64,000 nt of DNA. It comes from an uncultured cyanobacterium. GTDB taxonomy: Bacteria > Cyanobacteriota > Cyanobacteriia > Leptolyngbyales > Leptolyngbyaceae. The stretch covers positions 8,173 through 72,172 of the forward strand of contig CAVYAN010000063.1 in the NCBI GenBank assembly GCA_963766075.1, read 5' to 3'. Below are positions 21,637 through 32,679 of the stretch, in pieces; position 1 is the first letter of the stretch, and each line of letters opens with the position of its first letter. A program made the translations under genes and the position numbers. The notes beneath the pieces are model-generated. The model was not told the origin of the DNA, did no database searches, and worked only from the letters and a program-made list of their open reading frames with translations.

Positions 21637-22866
21637 TCAGCCCTTGGCCGAGGGCAAGGTATCCGTCATCGACTGGACAATCGCCCCCAACTGCAATCCA
21701 GAGGGATAGCTGCCTTCATCTTTGATTTGTTTAATCAGGGCTTCGGGTAAGGGCGTTTTCATCTGTTGGCCCAGGGCGCGCACCACATCGCCCCGATCAA
21801 TGACGCCCGCGATCGCTCCTGCCGGGGTTAGTACGGTAATCCGCCGTAGCTGCAAGCTTTCCATCGCTTGAATCACATCAACCAGGCCGTCTGCTTCTTT
21901 CACCGTGGGAATGCTGTCCAGCGGCTGCACAATCTGCATCAAGGTCTGCTGGTCCCAAAGCTCGCGCTCAATCCGATGCAAATCTTCCACCGCCACAATG
22001 CCCCGATAGCGTCCCTCAGAGGCGGCATAGTAAACCGCTGTCCGCTGCGTGTCCAGCACATAGGTTTCACTGAACTCCCTCAGGGTCATCTTGGCGTCCA
22101 CCACGCGATACTCGCGCGTCATGGCGTCACTAGCTTTCAGCTTGAGTAGCGATTCTTGCAGATCGGTGACCCGGTCATAACTACTGGCATTGTTCACGCC
22201 AAACCAGCCCAGCAACGCTAGCCACAGACCACTGGGGTTCGATCGCAACAGAAAGCTGGTCACGCCCAAGCTAATCGCCAACCAGCCCAATAATTTGCCA
22301 CTGCGAGCCGCCCAGTGCACTCCTTGAAATCGGCTGCCGGTGATTTTCCAGACAATCGATTTCAGGATTTGGCCCCCATCCAGGGGCAATCCCGGCAGCA
22401 GATTGAAGAGGGCCAGCACCAGATTAATCATCGCCAAGTTACTGGCGAGAACATTCAGGGGAGCGCGCGTCCCCGGAATCGCCACGGTTAAAGCCGCCAA
22501 CAGCCCAAAGAGACCGATGCTGACGAGTGGGCCAGCGATCGCCACTTGAAATGCCTGTCCCGGTGTCTTGGATTCCTGCTCAATCGACGCCACACCGCCA
22601 AACAAAAATAGCGTAATGGATGTGACCTTGATGCCCTGGGATTTTGCCACCAAGCTATGCCCCAGTTCGTGCAACAGAACTGAGGTAAACAGTAACAGCG
22701 CCATGGCCCCGCCGACCCCAAAGGCAAGGGGCATGCCCCACTCGGGATAATTTGCCTTGAAAAAAGCCCCTTGAGTCATGATGACCAGGATCAAGATAAG
22801 TATCCAGGAAGGGTCAATATAGAGGGGAATCCCAAATAATGATCCGACCCGCCAACCAGATTGCAT
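21637..22866 (-). CDS. Site-2 protease (M50) with CBS domains
   Basis: HELGH, LFLFGGVA, AGPLVS, FNLLPGLPLDGG; C-terminal CBS-like pair. Confidence 0.93.
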   Translation of the reverse strand: MQSGWRVGSLFGIPLYIDPSWILILILVIMTQGAFFKANYPEWGMPLAFGVGGAMALLLFTSVLLHELGHSLVAKSQGIKVTSITLFLFGGVASIEQESKTPGQAFQVAIAGPLVSIGLFGLLAALTVAIPGTRAPLNVLASNLAMINLVLALFNLLPGLPLDGGQILKSIVWKITGSRFQGVHWAARSGKLLGWLAISLGVTSFLLRSNPSGLWLALLGWFGVNNASSYDRVTDLQESLLKLKASDAMTREYRVVDAKMTLREFSETYVLDTQRTAVYYAASEGRYRGIVAVEDLHRIERELWDQQTLMQIVQPLDSIPTVKEADGLVDVIQAMESLQLRRITVLTPAGAIAGVIDRGDVVRALGQQMKTPLPEALIKQIKDEGSYPSGLQLGAIVQSMTDTLPSAKG

Positions 22867-23137
22867 ACAGACTCCTTGGTGCCCTTTTCTCTAGTGTAGT
22901 ATCTGGATTGCCTGATCCACGCGCTGTCAATTCGGTGCGGCATCTCCGGGAGTTTTTTGCCGTTACTGTTGGATTTTTACCGTGGGATTTTTGCCCGGGA
23001 TCTGCTGGGACACGGCGATGGCTGTCAACCGGCGGGACTGAGCCTACAAATCCCGTACTTTCCGAGTACTTTCCTAAAAATTCCAACTTATTGTTACTAT
23101 GTTTGCCTACTTGTCCTATCGGAAACTCCCAGATTTC

Positions 23138-24214
23138 GTGCGTAAACAGACTTCGTTAATGGTATGCCTGCTGCTGGCGTTGAGCTGCGCCCCCCAAATC
23201 GTCCAGGCGCAAGCCAACTCGTCGATTGACGATCGGGTGACAGAGTTGCTGCAGGAAGGGCGCAAGTTGGTCGATGCTAAGCAATTCGATCGCGCTTTAG
23301 CCACCTATCAACAGGCCGGACAACTGGATAACCAGAATCCCAAAATTTTCTCAGGGATGGGCTATCTGTATGCGAATCAGGGCAACTTCCGCGAGGCGGT
23401 GCGAGCCTACGAGCAGGCGATCGCCCTGGATCCCAAAAATGCGGATTTTCAGTACGCCCTGGCCTACAGTCTGGGGAACCTGGGGCAAAACGATGCCGCG
23501 ATCGCCGCTTACCGCCGAACCATCGAGCTGAATCCCCGCTACTTAAATGCCCACTTGGGCGTTGGTGTCCTGTTAGGGCGTATGGGCCAGCAGGAAGAGG
23601 CCCTCGCCGCCTATCGCCGTGTGGTTGCCCTGGATCGGAATAATGCTGGAGCCTATGCCCTGATCGGTGCCACATTGCTACAGCAGGGTCGCCCTCGGGA
23701 GGCGATCGCACCATTGGAACAGGCAGCGGAGCTGGCCCCTCGGGATGGCAGCATCCAAGTGCAATTGGCCGCCGCTTGGCTTTCCCAGGGCAATGAGACC
23801 GCTGCCTTTCCAGCGCTGCGGCGGGCCACACGACTCGATCCGCGCAATGCCCTAACCCAGCTTAAAATTGGCAAGCTGTGGCAGGCGGCGGGGCAACCGG
23901 ACAATGCCCTGCCCGCCTTTCAACGGGCGGTCGCCGTCCGCCCAGATTTGGCCGAGGCCCAGGCTGGGGTGGGGGAAATTTATTTAGAGCGGGGTAATTA
24001 TCTCCTGGCGTTTGTGGCTTGGCGCGAGGTTGTTTCCCTAGATCCCCAGAATGCCGAAGCCCACTTCAAGCTAGGGCAGGCATTGCGGGGTCGCGTGCGG
24101 ACCCAAGAGGCGATTGCTGCCTTTGAACGGGCCAAATTGCTGTATCAACAACAGGGCAATTCTGCCCAGGCCAACATCGTAGACGCTGCTTTGAAAGAAT
24201 TAAAGCAAAACTAA
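23138..24214 (+). CDS. Secreted tetratricopeptide repeat protein
   Basis: Signal peptide followed by about nine 34-aa TPR units (A...Y..AI.LDP). Confidence 0.92.
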   Translation: MRKQTSLMVCLLLALSCAPQIVQAQANSSIDDRVTELLQEGRKLVDAKQFDRALATYQQAGQLDNQNPKIFSGMGYLYANQGNFREAVRAYEQAIALDPKNADFQYALAYSLGNLGQNDAAIAAYRRTIELNPRYLNAHLGVGVLLGRMGQQEEALAAYRRVVALDRNNAGAYALIGATLLQQGRPREAIAPLEQAAELAPRDGSIQVQLAAAWLSQGNETAAFPALRRATRLDPRNALTQLKIGKLWQAAGQPDNALPAFQRAVAVRPDLAEAQAGVGEIYLERGNYLLAFVAWREVVSLDPQNAEAHFKLGQALRGRVRTQEAIAAFERAKLLYQQQGNSAQANIVDAALKELKQN

Positions 24215-24264
24215 CGCGGGTAGCCCAATCATCGTCACCCCAATCATCGTCACCCCAGTCATTG

Positions 24265-24948
24265 TTACCCCAGTCGTTGGCGCAAAATGAACGCGGCGAT
24301 CGCCAAATCCATGGGGGTCGTCACTTTCAAATTCGTTTCTTCTCCCGGCACAATTTTGACAGGAAAGCCACATTGCTCAAACAGCATGGCATCGTCGGTG
24401 ACTTCCCATCCCTCTTGCTTGCCCTGCCAGTGACAGGCTTTCAAGGTCTCCACCTGAAAACCTTGGGGGGTTTGGGCGGCCCAGAGTTGGTCGCGATTGG
24501 GAGTAGCCGTAATCCGCCGCTCCGCGTCAACCACTTTAATCGTGTCCTTGACTGGGATCGCGGCGATCAGGCCGGGGCAGGTGAGCAAGTCAGCCGCACA
24601 CCGATCAAACAGATCTGGAGTCGCGAGACAGCGGGCTCCATCATGAACCAAAACCTGCTGGGCCTCCGGCGGCAATGCCTGTAAGCCATTAAATACCGAT
24701 TCCTGGCGGGTGCTGCCACCTTTGATAAACTGCAAAGGTTGGGGCAGGTTGACAGCGGCGGCGATCGCCTTGAAATCGGGAAAATCCTGGGGCTGTCCAA
24801 TAATGCCAACCCAGCGAATCGTAGTGGAGGCTTTGATGGCAGACAGGGTCCAGGCCAGCACGGGCTGGTGTAACAGGGGCAGCAGCAGTTTATTGCGATC
24901 GCTGCCCATGCGACGCCCCGAACCCGCAGCAGGAATGAGTAAGTACAA
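24265..24948 (-). CDS. ispD: 2-C-methyl-D-erythritol 4-phosphate cytidylyltransferase
   Basis: IPAAGSGRRM, GGSTRQESV, VHDGAR, QTPQGF, TDDA, NLKVTTP. Confidence 0.96.
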   Translation of the reverse strand: MYLLIPAAGSGRRMGSDRNKLLLPLLHQPVLAWTLSAIKASTTIRWVGIIGQPQDFPDFKAIAAAVNLPQPLQFIKGGSTRQESVFNGLQALPPEAQQVLVHDGARCLATPDLFDRCAADLLTCPGLIAAIPVKDTIKVVDAERRITATPNRDQLWAAQTPQGFQVETLKACHWQGKQEGWEVTDDAMLFEQCGFPVKIVPGEETNLKVTTPMDLAIAAFILRQRLG

Positions 24949-25220
24949 AACAGTCCTCAATCTACAGAACACAGTATCAGCCCCTATTGGAGCACATCTT
25001 TTCCCCCATTCATAGTCCGATGCATGGTCCTAGCCCCCAGCAGCCTGTGCCCCATTTTTCTCCCAACGCCGAGGAGTGATCCCCATCAGCCGGTGACCGC
25101 CTTGCCTGCCAATTTCTCAAAATTCTATCCCCCGGTGTTTCATGAAACGCCAAACTTGTCGGTATCTTCCCCTAAAATGCTGAAGAAGCGATTTAGCCTA
25201 GCGACGTAAAACTACTAATT

Positions 25221-26174
25221 ATGCGAATCATAGCCTTAGTCCCTGGAGGAATTGGCGATCAGGTCCTATTTTTCCCGACGCTGGATGATCTGAAGCAGGC
25301 CTACCCCGATGCCTGGATTGATGTGGTGGTGGAGCCGCGATCGCGGGATGCCTACCGCGTTTCTAAGTCCATCCATGAAACGATTCCCTTTGATTTCAAG
25401 GCGCGGAATAGCTTGGCGGATTTTGGCAATTTGCTGGGAACGCTGCGCGATCGCGAGTACGACATTGCGATTACCCTCGGGCAACGGTGGTCCGTGGCAT
25501 TTTTGCTATGGCTAACCGGTATCCCCACGCGGGTGGGCTACGCGGGCAATGGGGATAGTCTCCTAACCGTCACCGTACCCTTGAAAAAAGATCAGTATGC
25601 GGCAGCCATGTATCACGATCTACTCAAGGGGCTGGGCATTACCGATCCCTGTCCAGAGGTAGCCGTTGGGGTGCCAGCTAAGGATCTCGATTGGGCCGAT
25701 GGCGAACGGAAGCGTCTAGGGGCAACGGGCTATGTGCTGATTCATGGCGGCTCAAGCACCCTGGCCAAACAGAAGGGCATCGATAAGATTTATCCCGTCG
25801 AAAGCTGGAACGGCATTATTCGCGATTTTGAGCAAAAACAGCCGGATTTGCCCATTGTGGTCGTTCAGGGTCCCGATGATGCGGACTTTGTGACGGCCCT
25901 GGTACAGGCAAATCCTAGGGTCAAAGTGACAACACCGGGGGATATTGGCAAATTGACCGCCATGATTGCTGGGGCGAATTTGATGCTGTGTACAGACAGT
26001 GCGCCGATGCACTTGGCGGTGGCCGTTCAGACCTATACGCTGGCGTTGTTCGGACCAACGGATCCCACAAAGCTGTTGCCAGACAGCCCCCGCTTCGTGG
26101 GGATTAAGTCCCTCACCGGAAAAATATCGGATATTTCGCCCAACACCGTGATGGAAAAAGTCTGGGGCGGCTAG
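25221..26174 (+). CDS. Glycosyltransferase family 9 (heptosyltransferase-like)
   Basis: GGIGDQ, DSAPMHLAVA, ALFGPT. Confidence 0.9.
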   Translation: MRIIALVPGGIGDQVLFFPTLDDLKQAYPDAWIDVVVEPRSRDAYRVSKSIHETIPFDFKARNSLADFGNLLGTLRDREYDIAITLGQRWSVAFLLWLTGIPTRVGYAGNGDSLLTVTVPLKKDQYAAAMYHDLLKGLGITDPCPEVAVGVPAKDLDWADGERKRLGATGYVLIHGGSSTLAKQKGIDKIYPVESWNGIIRDFEQKQPDLPIVVVQGPDDADFVTALVQANPRVKVTTPGDIGKLTAMIAGANLMLCTDSAPMHLAVAVQTYTLALFGPTDPTKLLPDSPRFVGIKSLTGKISDISPNTVMEKVWGG

Positions 26175-26241
26175 TGCCGCGCGGGTTACACTGCCAACTT
26201 CTTTACCGTCTATTTTTCACTGCCGATTTGCATGTGGATCA

Positions 26242-26592
26242 CTATTTCCAGTCATGCTGAGCTTGGTCGAAAACATAGGCGGCCAGGTTGGCAATCTCGG
26301 TAGCAGTCAGGCGATCGCCATAGGCTGACATTAGGTTGCCCTTGCCCTGGGTAATCAAAGTTGCGATCGCCGCCACCGTTTCCACCTGATTCCGCTGCAA
26401 CGCCTGCAATTTCAAGGTCTTGTTGCGGCGGACAATATTACCGCCACCCACATGGCATCCAGCGCAATGCAGCGCAAAGACCTCAGCGCCATTCGCTAAG
26501 TCAGGCGATAAATCCGCCGCCACAACAGGTGCGGTGATCCAGCCTGTCCAGACCATAAAGGTTAACAATAATCCGATCATCCATGCCTTCAT
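26242..26592 (-). CDS. petJ: Cytochrome c6-like protein (c6C/PetJ2 type)
   Basis: Signal peptide; CAGCH haem motif, GGNIVRR.KTLK, axial Met in GKGNLMSAY; Leu where canonical c6 has Gln. Confidence 0.85.
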   Translation of the reverse strand: MKAWMIGLLLTFMVWTGWITAPVVAADLSPDLANGAEVFALHCAGCHVGGGNIVRRNKTLKLQALQRNQVETVAAIATLITQGKGNLMSAYGDRLTATEIANLAAYVFDQAQHDWK

Positions 26593-26697
26593 GCCTGAGT
26601 CCTTAATGCTTAATCTCAACACTTCGAACCTCAACGCTTATCATCCCCGCATTGAGTATTTTGAGGGGTATGCACTCACGCCTTACCACCACAACTC

Positions 26698-27663
26698 CTA
26701 ACGTCGTTTCCCAGGCTTGATGCCACTCAGCTTCAGCACATCGAGAAAAGTCTCACAATAGATCGGCAAATCAAAACTGGCGGGATTAAAGACGTATTTG
26801 TGGGTGAAATGGCGATAGTTCATGGAGAAGCGATCCCAAGCCACCACTTGGATCCGAAATACCGCAATCAGCACATCGGCCAGTTTCGCGGTGAGGGGAA
26901 TCCGGAAATAGATGCGTCGGTTTAGATAAGCACAGGCTTCAGTAATCGCCTGATCCACCGTCATCCGCTGATTGCCCAGCACCAAATCCCGCGAGGCATC
27001 GCCTTGGGGCGGATGCTCCACCAAATGCCGCACAATTTGGGCAATATCTTGACTGTGAATAAAATGAAAACTGCCATCCGCCCGGAAGAAGCGCAATAAG
27101 CCGATCCAGCGGAGCACTTGGGGAATACCTGCAGAAATATGCGACATCGGCTTGGTGCCATCACCGCCCAGGAGCAGAGTCGGAAATAACGTCGTAATTT
27201 TGGACGTAATGGCCAGTTTGCCCAACTGTTGATAGCACTCGTATTTAGACCGGATATAGTCGTGCCCAATCTCGGCAGCTTCCTTCAACAGTTGGTTGTC
27301 ACGATTCAAAATACTGGCGGTGGAAAAATAGATCACCTGCTCGCAGCGCTGGGGATCCAAAAAATTCATTAACCGAATAGTTTTCCGGACATTGGTATCA
27401 AACACTTCCTCGGTGCCACCCCACGCTGTCGCAATCAAAATAGCAACATCTATGGTGCCGAGCAAATCCGCGTACTGATCGACATCACGCATGTCCCCAT
27501 GCAACACAGTAATGCCGGGACGGGCGTTGTAGTCCAGCTTCAGCTTATTTGGATTTCGGACCAGCAAGTAGAGGTCGTGATCGGTTTCCTGAATCAAAGT
27601 TTCGACCACATAGTGACCAATACAGCCACTTGCGCCAGTCACAAAAATCCGCTTGGAGGTCAT
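26698..27663 (-). CDS. NAD-dependent epimerase/dehydratase
   Basis: TGASGCIG Rossmann motif; YIRSK (YxxxK-like). Confidence 0.88.
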   Translation of the reverse strand: MTSKRIFVTGASGCIGHYVVETLIQETDHDLYLLVRNPNKLKLDYNARPGITVLHGDMRDVDQYADLLGTIDVAILIATAWGGTEEVFDTNVRKTIRLMNFLDPQRCEQVIYFSTASILNRDNQLLKEAAEIGHDYIRSKYECYQQLGKLAITSKITTLFPTLLLGGDGTKPMSHISAGIPQVLRWIGLLRFFRADGSFHFIHSQDIAQIVRHLVEHPPQGDASRDLVLGNQRMTVDQAITEACAYLNRRIYFRIPLTAKLADVLIAVFRIQVVAWDRFSMNYRHFTHKYVFNPASFDLPIYCETFLDVLKLSGIKPGKRR

Positions 27664-27847
27664 CGGGGTTTAGAAAGGTATCAGATCTGGATGTTGCGTG
27701 GGCGGCAGCCAGGGCGATCGCGAACAGTTCGGTAATGTTACAGTATCACCTGTTGGGCAGTCTATGAACGAAGGAAACCGGGGGATGAATACTGAGAGAC
27801 CCATGGTTAGGGGTAAACTCCGTGCTCACCCCCATCCCCTGCTTGCC

Positions 27848-28912
27848 TTAAGCATGTACGGCCAGCAGTTCGTTCACGTGCTTACCCGTTTCAAAAAAGA
27901 AGGCCGCATTCTCTTCCGGAGTGCCCGGAAGAATACCATGGCCCAGGTTAAGAATATGCCTATGGCTACCGGCTTTGCGGACGGTGTCCAGAATGCGATC
28001 GCGAATAAAGTCCTGGGTGCCAAACAGCACGCCGGGATCAACATTACCCTGCACTCCAAGGTCGGAACCCAGACGGCGGCGGGCATCGGCCATATCCACA
28101 GTCCAGTCAACACTGACAATATCCACCCCAGACTGCCCCATGCGTTCCAATACCCCGGCACTGCCACTAATGTAAAGAATCAGCGGTGTATCGGGGTGAG
28201 TGGCTTTTACCTGATCAATTACCTGCTTTTGGTAAGGCAGGGCAAAGGTGTCGTAATCCTGAGGACTGAGGTGCCCCGCCCAGGAATCAAACATTTGCAC
28301 GACCTGTGCGCCCGAATCGATTTGGAACCGCACGTAGGTGGCAATAGCATCGGCAATTTTACCCAACAGTGCGTGCAGCATTTGCGGCTCTGAAAACGCC
28401 ATCCGCTTGATCACCGCATAGTCCTTGGAGCTTTTACCCTCGATCGCATAGGCCGCCAACGTCCAAGGCGCACCAACAAAGCCCAAAACTGCTGCCTGAT
28501 TGCCCACTTCCTGCCGCAGGGTTTTCAACGTCGTTTTGACAAAGGGCAGCGCCGTCTCCGGATCCAAGGGCTGCAATGCGGCGATTTGGGCCATTGAGCG
28601 AATCGGCGGATCGATAATTGGACCTCGGCTTTCGATGATGTCAAAGGGAATGCCGATGCCGGGGAGCGGAGTCAGAATATCGGAAAACATAATCACGCCA
28701 TCCGGCTGAAAAGCCCGCCACGGCTGCAAGGAAATTTCAATGGACAGGTCAGCATTTTCCGAGCGCTCTCGAAAAGACGGGTGCTTGTCGCGCAGATCAC
28801 GATACACCTTCATGTAGCGCCCTGCCTGCCGCATCATCCACACTGGCGGACGCTCAACTGTTTCGCCCCGCGCAGCCCTGAGCAATAATGGAACCTGGTT
28901 TACCCCCGTCAT
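27848..28912 (-). CDS. hemE: Uroporphyrinogen decarboxylase
   Basis: [37 protein letters not shown]. Confidence 0.98.
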   Translation of the reverse strand: MTGVNQVPLLLRAARGETVERPPVWMMRQAGRYMKVYRDLRDKHPSFRERSENADLSIEISLQPWRAFQPDGVIMFSDILTPLPGIGIPFDIIESRGPIIDPPIRSMAQIAALQPLDPETALPFVKTTLKTLRQEVGNQAAVLGFVGAPWTLAAYAIEGKSSKDYAVIKRMAFSEPQMLHALLGKIADAIATYVRFQIDSGAQVVQMFDSWAGHLSPQDYDTFALPYQKQVIDQVKATHPDTPLILYISGSAGVLERMGQSGVDIVSVDWTVDMADARRRLGSDLGVQGNVDPGVLFGTQDFIRDRILDTVRKAGSHRHILNLGHGILPGTPEENAAFFFETGKHVNELLAVHA

Positions 28913-29098
28913 CTCAACTCCCTCGCGTCCTATAGATATTTTTAGAGTATTGGCTAGCTTACCATTGCAAGAGGACGCGCAGAGAAAGGATCATTTCAGG
29001 GAGAAGGGATGGGGGGATCCGTCGCGGTTCAGGGTGAACTGCTGAGTCGCAAGGGCCATAGATTTACCGCGGACTCAGGTTTACCGCGGACTCAAGCG

Positions 29099-31054
29099 CT
29101 AAGGTTTGGCGGGCGGCGTTGGGTTTTTGGCCTGGGGCAACTGGGCTTCCGCTAAGGCATACCAAACCTGTCCGTTCGTTTTGGGATTTAGAGGTTTGCC
29201 CTGGAGGTCGGGAAAGAGTTCGACTAAGCGTTTGTCGGCCAGGGCATCCAAGGTAGGACTAGACTTGCCCGTTTCGCCCAAGTCCAATAACCATTCTTGA
29301 TAGTTCACCGGCTTGTAGGTGCCTAATTTCCGCCGCAACGCGGGGCTGAGGGTTTCGAGCTTGTCCATCACAGTATTGGCGATCGCCATCCATTCCTGCC
29401 GCATGGCCGCTTGGGTGGAACTATTGTCCAGCTTTTTTCCACGCCACTGGGGATGCTTGGCATAGAACACTTCATCGACAAAATCTGCCAAAAACCGATA
29501 GTCAATCCCCAGATTGCGCCGTCGCACCATCGCTGCCTGGGCATCAGGCTGATCATTCCGCGATGTCACTGCCCCGGAGGACTGAGGAGAGGGCGATGGG
29601 GCGGTGAGGGGCGAATTCGTCGGGGAACTAGTAGAACTGGCGGAGCCAGAGGTGTCTGCCGCACCGGAGGCCGTAGTGCTATCCTGCTGGGTCTTCAAAA
29701 AGGAAAAAACTCGCCAGGAAACCACGAGGCTGAGGGTGACAAAGCCCAGCAACAGAATCAAAGAAGCGAGATCAATGCGGCGATCGCCCGCTGATTTGGG
29801 TCCAGCAGAGGCTTTTGGGGGGGATGGCACCGCTGCCGACTTGGTCAAAATGGCCTGGGGTATTACACCATCCCTATTCCCCAGGGAATTTACAGACGAC
29901 GTGGCCATGGCCGGAGAGGCGACAGGCCGAGGTAGCCCGGATTGGACAGTGGCCGACTCGACGGTGGCCGACTCGACAGGTACGGACACAGACACAGGTT
30001 GAGCGCCCCCAGACTGGGCAGTCCTAGCGGCGGATTCTCCCGGCGCTGGGCGAGGTGCAGCAGGCAACACGGGGTCTCTATCCGCAGACAACGGCGGAGC
30101 GGAAGAGGCTGCCACCTGGGCTGCTGCCATCGCAGCGACTCCTGCCGCAAAATCGTTGCCCGCCGCAGAGGGAGTGGGTTTTGGTGCGGAGGAACCGACC
30201 GGGTCAGCCACCCTGGGCAGTCGTTCAAGGGTCTGGAGCACCTCAGCCGCCGAGGCAAAGCGCCGCTGGGGATCGGGATGCAGCATGCGGCGCAAAACTT
30301 GGACGAGGGCCGGACTCGCAGAAACCCAGGGCTCCCAGTCTATTACCCGATCCACTGGGTGATAGAGGGCTTCCGGTTCCTTGCCGGACAACAGGGCGAT
30401 CGCCGTCATCGCTAGGGCATACAAATCGCTACTAGGAAACACTAAACCGGACTGCAACTGCTCCGGTGGCGCAAAGCCCCATCGCCCGTAGACCTCCGAG
30501 TCGTCATCAATAGGGTGCAATTGCAAGCGGGCCACCAATTCCGTTACTAGTCCAAAGCTAATGAGTACGGGCAACTGGTCTTTTTGGCGAAAGATTAGAC
30601 TGTCGAGGGAGATATTCCGGTGAATGACCGTTTGACTATGCAAGAAGTGCAATACAGGCAAAGTCACCTTGAGGAAATCCACCACTTCCGACTCGGAAAA
30701 AATTTTCCCCTGGGCTTTTCGCTCATCCAGCAGCACACCGTAACTCTTGCCTTCTATGTATTCACGCACCCAGTAAAATCGCTGCTCCTCATACACCATG
30801 AATTGATAGCTGGGCACTTGCCCATGCCGGAGGTCGTAAAGCACACCAGCCCCCTGGGCAAACTGCTGCTGCAAGCTTTCTAGAATGGCGGGGTCCCGAA
30901 CAATGGGAATAAATTCCTTCAGCACACACAGCTCATTGAGTCGTTTTTGGTCGCGGGCCAGGTAGGTTTGGCCAAACTGTCCCTGCCCTGCTACCCCAAT
31001 AATTCGGTAGCGGCCCTGCAAAAGAGTTCCTGTGGCGATAGGCGGAGCTTGCAT
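29099..31054 (-). CDS. Membrane-anchored Hanks-type Ser/Thr kinase-like protein (probable pseudokinase)
   Basis: GQGQFG, CVLKEF, APPEQ and SDLY present; HRD reads HRN and DFG reads SFG; low-complexity linker, TM helix and C-terminal domain. Confidence 0.88.
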   Translation of the reverse strand: MQAPPIATGTLLQGRYRIIGVAGQGQFGQTYLARDQKRLNELCVLKEFIPIVRDPAILESLQQQFAQGAGVLYDLRHGQVPSYQFMVYEEQRFYWVREYIEGKSYGVLLDERKAQGKIFSESEVVDFLKVTLPVLHFLHSQTVIHRNISLDSLIFRQKDQLPVLISFGLVTELVARLQLHPIDDDSEVYGRWGFAPPEQLQSGLVFPSSDLYALAMTAIALLSGKEPEALYHPVDRVIDWEPWVSASPALVQVLRRMLHPDPQRRFASAAEVLQTLERLPRVADPVGSSAPKPTPSAAGNDFAAGVAAMAAAQVAASSAPPLSADRDPVLPAAPRPAPGESAARTAQSGGAQPVSVSVPVESATVESATVQSGLPRPVASPAMATSSVNSLGNRDGVIPQAILTKSAAVPSPPKASAGPKSAGDRRIDLASLILLLGFVTLSLVVSWRVFSFLKTQQDSTTASGAADTSGSASSTSSPTNSPLTAPSPSPQSSGAVTSRNDQPDAQAAMVRRRNLGIDYRFLADFVDEVFYAKHPQWRGKKLDNSSTQAAMRQEWMAIANTVMDKLETLSPALRRKLGTYKPVNYQEWLLDLGETGKSSPTLDALADKRLVELFPDLQGKPLNPKTNGQVWYALAEAQLPQAKNPTPPAKP

Positions 31055-31260
31055 GGTGTTCCAACGACATGAGGGGATACTTTAAAGTACTCGGTGTTAT
31101 CGATTTCGGACCCATTAAATTATAGTGTTTATGTAAAATTATAGTGTTTATGTACTATATTATTCGATTTGTTCATGAATGGTTTTATTGACTGTCAAGC
31201 CGCAATCCGCCATATTTTGTTGTCAGCAACATAATGTTAAAAACCATCCCGGTATAACGG

Positions 31261-32301
31261 ATGGACGCTCAAACGCTATTGCGAGCCTATGCCCAAGGGC
31301 ATCGAGACTTTAGCCATGCTGACCTCCACCAAGCAGATCTATCGCGGGTAGATCTGATCTAACAGGAGTGGGATTGCAGCAAGCCAATTTGGCCGGAGCG
31401 AACCTGGCCGGAGCGAACTTACACCAGTCAAATTTGCGGCAAGCCAACTTGTCTGGGGCCAACTTAACGGGCGCTAACTTGGCTGGCGCTAATTTGCGAC
31501 GTGCCAACCTAACAGCAGCCACCTTAACGGATGCACGACTCGATGGAGCTGTGCTGCTGGGGGCTATCCTACCCGATGGCGTTCGGGTCGAAGCACCGCC
31601 CCTGGAGCATTCGCGCACTCCACCGAAGGATAATCCTGGACACGGAGAACCCGCGATCGCCGTTGGCGCTACTCCCCCCCTGCGGGCTTCGGCACTCAAA
31701 ACGCCGTTGCCCTGGGCCTCCCTTTTTTTCCTGGGGATGAGCTACCTCTGTTTTGGGATCATTCTGGGAGTGCAGCAGGGTTCGCCGCTGCTGTGGGCGA
31801 TCGCGCTGAGGCAGCGCCTTGATCGGACAGATTGATGAATCCTTGACGCTGTGTATTCCTTTGGTGGCGGCAATCACAACGGTTTTCACTGACATTCACA
31901 CGCTGCTGGGGTCGTTTGCCATGGGGTTGGCTGGGGCCGCCACAATGGCCACATTCATTGCGTTTAAGGGAATCATGCATCGTTCTTGGCTAGCGGCCCT
32001 GCGGGATAGCGGGGTAGTCGGGGCTTTACTGGCGATCGCCAGTAAAGCCTATGTGTGGCTATTTGAGGCCAAGGGAAACTATGCTTGGGGGCCTTTGGCT
32101 GCCCCCGAGTTGAGTTCAGCCTACTTGACGGCACTGCTAATCCTGGGCGTGGTGTGTGGGGAGTTAGGGGCGATCGCCAGTCTGCAAATGTACAATGAAC
32201 ATTTCAGCCGTAGACAAATTGCCGGAACTTATCTGGGCATAGCGGCGCTTGGACTCCTTCTTGGTAAACTGGTGGCTGTTACCCTCAGCTTTACGGCCTA
32301 G
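31261..32301 (+). CDS. Pentapeptide-repeat membrane protein; frameshifts near 31355 and 31810
   Basis: MDAQTLLRAYAQGHRDF start, A(N/D)LxG pentapeptide repeats, then several TM helices, spread over three frames. Confidence 0.75.
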
Positions 32302-32313
32302 GCATCCCCTGTT

Positions 32314-32541
32314 TTAGGCATCTCCCGTCTTTGGCAATATCCATGTGCTAGGCGCACTGGGTTCTGAAGGTTCTCGTCCTGGAGATTTCACACAATAGCT
32401 GGAGAAAGAGCGACAGTTGACGGGCCACTTCAAGAAATCCCATCCACTGTAGCGCTGCGATAAATTGATCCCGGCGGCGGTTTTGATCAAATACAGCAGG
32501 TAAAGACCCAGCAAAATCAGCAAAATACTTCGGAAGCGCAT
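32314..32541 (-). CDS. Small hypothetical membrane protein
   Basis: MRFRSILLILLGLYLLYLIKTAAGINLSQRY: TM helix followed by a short motif. Confidence 0.55.
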   Translation of the reverse strand: MRFRSILLILLGLYLLYLIKTAAGINLSQRYSGWDFLKWPVNCRSFSSYCVKSPGREPSEPSAPSTWILPKTGDA

Positions 32542-32679
32542 CAAACCTGACTCCATCAAAACGTATGGGATCCTCTGTGAGCAACCGTGACTCACGTTAT
32601 TTCGACAAAAATCTGGCCCCAGGAGAAGCTGGCCTATTCAGAAAGTTCGTTGCAGCGACTCCAAAACGCAGTAGCACCA

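Noticed and set aside
22867..23137. Possible psaM or other small gene between the protease and TPR genes
   Set aside because: No PsaM-like peptide found on inspection; likely a divergent promoter region.
27698..28393. 231-aa plus-strand ORF and similar long antisense ORFs (e.g. 43833-44453, 42237-42794)
   Set aside because: Shadow frames opposite well-supported genes, with no recognisable motifs.
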